From Candidatus Omnitrophota bacterium (GTDB lineage Bacteria > Omnitrophota > Gorgyraeia > JABMQH01): 35,774 nt of DNA. The position numbers were made by a program, and so were the translations under genes. Below the pieces are notes generated by a model, which searched no databases, had not been told where the DNA came from, and was given only the letters and a program-made list of their open reading frames with translations. Below are positions 30,266-35,774 of this stretch, piece by piece. The stretch covers positions 1 through 35,774 of the forward strand of contig JBAWYO010000002.1 in assembly GCA_037143495.1 (NCBI GenBank). Direction: 5' to 3'. The first letter of the stretch is position 1. Every line of letters starts with the position of its first letter.

Positions 30266-30294
30266 CTGATTTTTTACAGGTAATATGCTATACT
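30266..30294 (+). promoter_or_regulatory. extended -10 promoter
   Basis: CTGATT 30266-71, 17 nt, TGcTATACT 30286-94. Confidence 0.4.
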
Positions 30295-30349
30295 AGAAGT
30301 GTGATTCAGCTGACTTAATTCTGATCTGGGCACCAGCGAGGTGACCACA

Positions 30350-30400
30350 ATGTACATGCTAAGCAATGGCAGTTACCAACGAAGCCGATCAAAGACGTGA
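30350..30400 (+). CDS. candidate 16-aa leader peptide
   Basis: GAGGTG 30338-43, 6 nt, then ATG and MYMLSNGSYQRSRSKT*. The stop codon lies inside the 3' arm of the terminator hairpin at 30383-30411. Confidence 0.3.
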   Translation: MYMLSNGSYQRSRSKT

Positions 30401-30411
30401 TCGGCTTTTTT
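30383..30411 (+). terminator. rho-independent terminator / attenuator upstream of the PocR kinase
   Basis: AGCCGATCA-aagacg-TGATCGGCT followed by TTTTT. Confidence 0.65.
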
Positions 30412-30463
30412 ATGTTCTGAAAACGATTTCGCGCGCAGGTGACGCAGGTAAGGAGAAGATTCC

Positions 30464-32809
30464 ATGACCGGACCGGAAAGATCACCGCAGGAGCACGATG
30501 CGACGTTGGTTGACGGTAAGTATTCGATCAGAGACCTGGTCGACATTGATCAACTACTGGTGATCTTTGAAAAATTTACCCGGGCTACCGGGTTCACGAT
30601 CGGATTTCTGGACCATCCCGGGTTGAATATACTTATTGGGACCGGCTGGAAAGATATCTGTACAAAGTTCCACCGGTCCTGCCCGGCCTCATTAGACAAT
30701 TGCGCGAAGAGCAACCGGCATCTGTTGGATCAATTGACTAAGCCTGGAAAATTGGTTATTGAAGCATGCGAGAACGGCCTCGTCGATTGCGCGACGCCGA
30801 TCATTATTAAAGGGGTGCACGTCGCGAGTCTTGCCACCGGCCAGCTTTTGCTTGAGAAACCCGATATCAAGCGATTTAAGCGGCAAGCGCTGACATTTGG
30901 GTATGATGAACGCGGTTATCTGAAGGCGCTCAAAGATGTTCAGGTGGTCTCCCCGGAAAAACTTAAGAATATTACGTCGTTCCTGGGAGAGCTCGCGGTC
31001 GTCATCTCGGAATTGGGATATGCAAACCTGAATAGTAAGGAAGAGGCCATAGCGCTCGAGAAGGAGATAGGCGAGCGCAAGCGTTCAGAATCACATCTGC
31101 GTCTTTCGTCGGAAGTCCTGAATATCCTCAATGAGGAGCTCGCTTTATTCGATACGATCACCCGCATCCTGGCGGTGATCAAGGACGAACTTAGATTTGA
31201 CGCGGTCGGGTTCCGCTTAAAAGATGGTTACGATTTTCCGTATTTTGTACAGAATGGTTTCTCGAGCGATTTTTTGCTGACGGAAAATACGCTGCTCGCC
31301 CGCGATGAACGCGACGGCGTCTGCAGGGACAGCCACGGCAATATCTCTCTCGAGTGCACCTGCGGCCTGATCCTTACCGGCCAGACGGATCCCGCAAACC
31401 CTCTTTTTACGAAAGAAGGAAGCGCGTGGACGAATGATTCATCCCTGCTTCTGGACCTTCCGCCCGATCATGATCCTCGGCTGCACCCCCGGAACCGGTG
31501 CATACATGACGGATACCGTTCGATCGCGTTGATCCCGATCCGCGCCGACCAGAAGATCGTCGGCCTTTTGCAGCTCAATGATCGCGGGAAAGGCCGCCTT
31601 ACCTTGGACGATATACATCTGCTGGAGGGCATCAGCGCGATCATCGGAGTAGCCCTCGCGCGTAAAAAAGCTCAGGACCAGATGCGCGAGAGCGAAGATC
31701 GGTTGCGTTTTGCCCTTGAGGCCAGTGATACCGGAGCCTGGGAGCTTGATCTCGTTGACAACACCGTTGTCCGAAGCCTTGAGTATGACCGGATATTCGG
31801 TTATCGAGAGCCGCTGCCGGTATGGACATATGAAATATTCCTTGAGCATGTGGTGCCCGAAGATCGCGCTATTGCCGAGAGCGCTTTGCGGTACGCGATA
31901 ACCAATAAGATGGTCCTGAGTTTTGAATGCCGCATCCGTCGTACGGACGGGCAGACGCGCTGGATCTGGGTCATCGGGCGGTCTCCGGGTGACGCGGCGG
32001 GGGATGTACGACGGATGGTGGGGATCGTGCAGGATATCACCGAACGGAAAAAGGTGCAGGAGGAACTCGCGAAGTACCGTTATCACCTGGAAGAACTCGT
32101 TAAAGAACGTACGAATAAACTGGAAGAAGCCAATAAAGAGCTCGATGCCTTCAGCTACTCTGTTTCACACGATCTTAAGGCGCCATTACGGGCGCTTGAC
32201 AGTTTTTCCCATATCCTGGATGAGGAGTATGGCGACAAATTCGACGCGCAGGGGAAGCATATCCTGGGGGTGATCAGCTCGAGCGCCCGGCGCATGGGAG
32301 TGCTTATCGACGACCTCCTGCGGTTCGCGCGCTTGAATCGCCAGGAAATCCAGGTTTCGCGTATCGATATGCGGGAACTCGCGCAATTCGTTCTCCTTGA
32401 GCTCAAAGAGACGATCCCGGCGGGCCGCGATATCGATGTCGAACTGCGGGATCTTCCCGCGACGAACGGGGATACGACGATGATACGACAGGTATGGATC
32501 AATCTCCTTTCGAACGCGATCAAATTCACCGGGCTCGCCGCGTCCGCGCGTATCGAGATCGGTTTCGTGGACGCGCGGGAGGAAAAGATCTATTATGTGA
32601 AGGACAACGGCGTTGGTTTTGATATGGAGTATGTCGATAAGCTTTTCGGCGTTTTTCAGCGGTTGCACGCGAAGTCAGAATTCGAAGGTACCGGCGTAGG
32701 GCTCGCGATCGTTCAGCGGGTCATTCAGAAGCACGGGGGCAGGGTATGGGCGGAAGGAAAGGTTAGCGGGGGCGCTACTTTTTATTTTGCGTTACCAGGC
32801 GGAGGATGA
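30464..32809 (+). CDS. sensor histidine kinase: PocR-like sensor + GAF + PAS + HisKA + HATPase_c (cytoplasmic)
   Basis: N-terminal Cys-containing PocR-like region ([13 protein letters not shown]...CTKFHRSCP...CAKSN...[17 protein letters not shown]). H-box [15 protein letters not shown]-boxes DNGVGFD and GTGVGLAIV. Confidence 0.8.
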   Translation: MTGPERSPQEHDATLVDGKYSIRDLVDIDQLLVIFEKFTRATGFTIGFLDHPGLNILIGTGWKDICTKFHRSCPASLDNCAKSNRHLLDQLTKPGKLVIEACENGLVDCATPIIIKGVHVASLATGQLLLEKPDIKRFKRQALTFGYDERGYLKALKDVQVVSPEKLKNITSFLGELAVVISELGYANLNSKEEAIALEKEIGERKRSESHLRLSSEVLNILNEELALFDTITRILAVIKDELRFDAVGFRLKDGYDFPYFVQNGFSSDFLLTENTLLARDERDGVCRDSHGNISLECTCGLILTGQTDPANPLFTKEGSAWTNDSSLLLDLPPDHDPRLHPRNRCIHDGYRSIALIPIRADQKIVGLLQLNDRGKGRLTLDDIHLLEGISAIIGVALARKKAQDQMRESEDRLRFALEASDTGAWELDLVDNTVVRSLEYDRIFGYREPLPVWTYEIFLEHVVPEDRAIAESALRYAITNKMVLSFECRIRRTDGQTRWIWVIGRSPGDAAGDVRRMVGIVQDITERKKVQEELAKYRYHLEELVKERTNKLEEANKELDAFSYSVSHDLKAPLRALDSFSHILDEEYGDKFDAQGKHILGVISSSARRMGVLIDDLLRFARLNRQEIQVSRIDMRELAQFVLLELKETIPAGRDIDVELRDLPATNGDTTMIRQVWINLLSNAIKFTGLAASARIEIGFVDAREEKIYYVKDNGVGFDMEYVDKLFGVFQRLHAKSEFEGTGVGLAIVQRVIQKHGGRVWAEGKVSGGATFYFALPGGG

Positions 32810-32810
32810 T

Positions 32811-33251
32811 ATGGCGGAGAATAAGCAGATAGAAATTCTTTTAGTTGAAGATGACCCTAACGATGTTGAGCTCACGCTGCGGGCGCTCAATCGGCATAAA
32901 CTTGCCAATAAGGTGCATGTGGTCAAAGACGGAGCTGAAGCCCTTGAGTTCATATTCTGCAGAGGCGCCTATGCGGGGCGTCCGGATTGCGAAAATCTAA
33001 AGTTGATATTGCTTGATCTGAAACTTCCCAAAGTGAACGGGCTCGAGGTATTGCGCGCGGTGAAAACCGATGAAAAAAAGAAGATCATTCCCGTGGTCGT
33101 CCTGACTTCTTCGCAGGAAGAGAGCGACCTGATAAAAAGCTATCATCTCGGAGCGAACAGTTATATCGTGAAACCCGTCGATTTCCCCAAATTTATCGAA
33201 GCGGTTTCACAACTCGGATACTATTGGCTCCTCTTAAACCATACCCTATGA
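32811..33251 (+). CDS. single-domain response regulator (REC only)
   Basis: [10 protein letters not shown]...[12 protein letters not shown]...VVVLTSS...[12 protein letters not shown] lies 1 nt after the kinase stop. Confidence 0.85.
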   Translation: MAENKQIEILLVEDDPNDVELTLRALNRHKLANKVHVVKDGAEALEFIFCRGAYAGRPDCENLKLILLDLKLPKVNGLEVLRAVKTDEKKKIIPVVVLTSSQEESDLIKSYHLGANSYIVKPVDFPKFIEAVSQLGYYWLLLNHTL

Positions 33252-33290
33252 CGCTGCGCGATAACGCGTACCCGGAGAAAAGGGCAACGT

Positions 33291-34784
33291 ATGGATCAAA
33301 AAGAACGCCGCATCCTCATCGTTGAAGATGTCAGCGCCGACGCGGAATTGACGGAGCGTGAATTGCGCAGGCAGGGAGTTCTTTTCAAAGCGCTGTGCGT
33401 CAAGACCAAAGACGATTTTGTGAAAGCGCTCGCCGAATTCCTCCCGGACATCATCCTCTGCGATTTTAAACTTCCCTCATTCGACGGTTATGCCGCTCTT
33501 GCTCTCAAGAACGCCGTATGCCCCAGTTTGCCGCTGATCATCGTCTCCGGCGCGATAGGGGAAGAGTCGGCGGTTGACCTTCTGAAGCGGGGCGCGGCCG
33601 ACTATGTTCTTAAAGACAGGCTCTTCCGGCTCGGCGCCGCGGTCACGAGAGCGCTCGAAGACGCCGAAAACAAGATCATGCGTGAAAAAGCCGAGGAAGC
33701 GCTGAGGCGCTCGGAGGCGGCTTATCGGACTATCTTTGAATCGGCAAATGACGCTATGGTTATTGAGGACCTGAGCACGTACGATATCGTTGACGCCAAC
33801 GGAAAAGCGAGCGAGATGTTCGGTTATTCCCGCAGTGAGATCGCCGGGTTGCCGCTGGCCTCCCTGAACGCGGCTCAGACGCGGGAGTCCCTTAAAAAGA
33901 TCAAAGAGTATTACGCTCAAGCGTCGCGCGGCGACCCGCAGCTCTTTGAATGGCTCGTCAAGGATAAAGAGGGGAGAGAATTCTGGGTCGAGATACATAT
34001 AAAACGGGCGATGATCGGGGGTAAGGAATGCGTCCTGTCGACGGCACGCGATATCACCGAGCGCAGAAAACTTCTGGCGCAAAAGGATAATTTTCTCGAT
34101 ATGGTTTCCCACGAGCTGAGGACGCCGCTCTGCATCGTTAAAGAGGGGGTTGCGCTGATTTCGGACGGCGGGATCGTGCCGCTGGATGAGAGCGGGAAAG
34201 AGATCATCCAGATAACGAAAAAGAACATCGACCGGCTCGCCCGGTTTATCGATGAAGTGCTTGAGTTGCAGCGGCTCAACGCCGGCAAGTCTCAGGTGCG
34301 GCTTATCAGGAACGATATGAATGCCCTGATCAAGGACGTCTGCCGGGATATGACGCCCCTGGCGGCAAAGAAAGGACTACGGTTGATCTATACGCTTGCC
34401 GATGACCTGCCGAAAATAACGTTCGACAAGGATAAAATAGTTCACGTCCTGACCAACCTGGTCGGCAACGCGATCAAGTTCACCGAGAAAGGGACGCTTC
34501 TGATAACGTCGCAGCGGGGAGAAAATTTTGTCCGGGTCGCGGTCAGCGACACGGGAGCGGGGATCAAGGCCGGCGATATGACCCAGCTTTTTCAGCGTTT
34601 CTCGCAGGTAGGAAAAAAAACGGGAGGCTCGGGGTTGGGTCTGGCGATAGCTAAAGAGTTTATCGAGATGCACCGGGGGAAGATCGGTGCAGAATCTGAA
34701 TTCGGCAAAGGTTCGACGTTTTTTTTCATCCTGCCGATCAAGGAGCGGAGAGTCTCATTGATCAAAAAAGGACCTGCCAGTTGA
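33291..34784 (+). CDS. hybrid REC-PAS-HisKA-HATPase_c histidine kinase
   Basis: REC (ILIVEDVSAD...ILCDFKLPSFDG), a PAS region, H-box MVSHELRTPL, and DTGAGI and GSGLGLAIAKE. Confidence 0.85.
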   Translation: MDQKERRILIVEDVSADAELTERELRRQGVLFKALCVKTKDDFVKALAEFLPDIILCDFKLPSFDGYAALALKNAVCPSLPLIIVSGAIGEESAVDLLKRGAADYVLKDRLFRLGAAVTRALEDAENKIMREKAEEALRRSEAAYRTIFESANDAMVIEDLSTYDIVDANGKASEMFGYSRSEIAGLPLASLNAAQTRESLKKIKEYYAQASRGDPQLFEWLVKDKEGREFWVEIHIKRAMIGGKECVLSTARDITERRKLLAQKDNFLDMVSHELRTPLCIVKEGVALISDGGIVPLDESGKEIIQITKKNIDRLARFIDEVLELQRLNAGKSQVRLIRNDMNALIKDVCRDMTPLAAKKGLRLIYTLADDLPKITFDKDKIVHVLTNLVGNAIKFTEKGTLLITSQRGENFVRVAVSDTGAGIKAGDMTQLFQRFSQVGKKTGGSGLGLAIAKEFIEMHRGKIGAESEFGKGSTFFFILPIKERRVSLIKKGPAS

Positions 34785-34872
34785 GTACCGCGTAAAATCT
34801 TTTTCCAGCCCCGCGCAGCCGGCGCATAAAGCAATAAAATTCGAAAAACGAAAACTATATTTCGAAAATCAC

Positions 34873-34901
34873 TTGACAAAATTTGAGCGATATGTTACAT
34901 A
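34873..34901 (+). promoter_or_regulatory. sigma70-like promoter abutting ATG 34909
   Basis: TTGACA 34873-78, 17 nt, TACATA 34896-901, 7 nt to ATG. No SD. Confidence 0.4.
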
Positions 34902-34908
34902 GAAAGAA

Positions 34909-35217
34909 ATGAAAAAGAGATCAACCATCACCATCAATGATGAAGCTTTCGAATTCAGTCTCGATGAACCGGTCTTCCCGACCGGTGTTGTCTGCCGGTT
35001 ATTGCAGATGCCGATCTGGGCGCTGAAGCAGGTTGACCGCGAAAAGCTCATCTCCCCGCCGCGCAAAGGACGTACGGCGCGGCTCTATTCGGTCAATGAG
35101 ATGAAACGGTTAAAGCATGTCTGGTACCTCATGAAACGGCGCAAGGTCAAGATCGACGGCGTTAAAGTCATCCTGGAAATGGAAATAAAGATGAAAAACA
35201 AGGAGGCGAAGGTATGA
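34909..35217 (+). CDS. small MerR-like HTH protein
   Basis: [67 protein letters not shown] fits the MerR/HspR-type HTH-wing pattern. ATGA overlap with moxR. Confidence 0.55.
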   Translation: MKKRSTITINDEAFEFSLDEPVFPTGVVCRLLQMPIWALKQVDREKLISPPRKGRTARLYSVNEMKRLKHVWYLMKRRKVKIDGVKVILEMEIKMKNKEAKV

Positions 35218-35774
35218 ATTACACGGGCGTGAGCGCGATCAATGAAAAAGTCAAGCAGGAGAGCGGTTTCGTCATCAGCCTGAAACAGGAGATAGAAAGG
35301 GTCATTGTCGGGCAGAAGTACTTGATCGAACGGCTCCTGGTCGGACTTCTCGCGAACGGACATATTCTGGTCGAGGGGGTGCCCGGGCTCGCGAAGACGC
35401 TCTCGATCAAGACGCTGGCGCAGGCGATCGCTACAAAATTCCAGCGGATCCAATTCACCCCGGACCTCCTGCCGGCGGACCTGATCGGTACCCTCGTCTA
35501 TAATCCTAAGGAAGGGATCTTCACGACGAAGAAGGGCCCGATCTTCTCGAATATCATCCTGGCCGACGAGATCAACCGCGCGCCGGCGAAAGTATAAAGC
35601 GCCCTCCTTGAGGCGATGCAGGAGCGCCAGGTAACGATCGGCGAGAATACCTTTAAGCTCGATGAACCGTTCCTGGTCATGGCGACGCAGAACCCGATAG
35701 AGCAGGAGGGGACCTATCCGCTTCCGGAGGCGCAGCTCGACAGGTTCATGTTCATGATCGAGATAGGGTACCCG
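35214..35774 (+). pseudogene. moxR: MoxR-family AAA+ ATPase interrupted by an in-frame TAA (35595-35597); continues in frame to the window edge
   Basis: [33 protein letters not shown] (Walker A) and [49 protein letters not shown]. Homologues read ..RAP.K.QSALLEAM.E.., so the stop replaces Gln. Confidence 0.8.

Noticed and set aside
35595-35597. TAA-to-Gln stop-codon reassignment as the explanation for the in-frame TAA in moxR
   Set aside because: TAA is used as an ordinary terminator by several well-defined genes in this window: the amidase (2421-23), queE (5007-09), queF (5467-69) and the ATPase (17402-04). Each ends at its expected C-terminus, so a global code change is not supported.

Overview
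35.8-kb window from a diderm (Gram-negative-type) bacterium. By eye, GC is about 55-60% in the housekeeping parts. All functional calls come from motif recognition by eye; no database search or folding was possible.

Left third: a MerR-like gene heads a tightly packed co-directional array of cell-wall amidase, murI, queD-queC-queE-queF, a two-subunit class I fumarate hydratase, rph and rdgB. A large convergent AsmA-like envelope protein follows.

Centre: tRNA-Pro(UGG), tRNA-Arg(UCU), two exported small proteins and tRNA-His(GUG). Directly after tRNA-His lies a lower-GC accessory island of about 5.9 kb (12634-18544). Degenerate copies of a tRNA-3'-end-like sequence appear to split it into modules. 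The island carries:
- an AT-rich orphan ORF;
- an 835-aa protein with a degenerate histidine-kinase-type ATPase-like N-terminus, class-II (CCA-adding/poly(A)-polymerase-type) nucleotidyltransferase motifs, a long helical tail and a C9 tract at codons 4-8. This is the best candidate for an undescribed system;
- an AAA+/DUF4143-type ATPase with a PD-(D/E)xK-like C-terminus, bracketed by 29-bp direct repeats;
- a helical protein and a PNPOx-like flavoprotein.

Right half: citrate synthase, a trimeric autotransporter adhesin with an upstream partner gene, an MFS transporter, several small proteins, an ABC-F ATPase and a PocR-GAF-PAS kinase / REC / REC-PAS-kinase cluster. It ends with a MerR-like gene coupled to a MoxR ATPase that is interrupted by an in-frame TAA at a conserved Gln.

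Recurrent non-coding signals: -10 boxes abutting start codons (leaderless architecture), a duplicated hairpin module upstream of tRNA genes, and a long GGTNACC-rich hairpin between two tRNAs.
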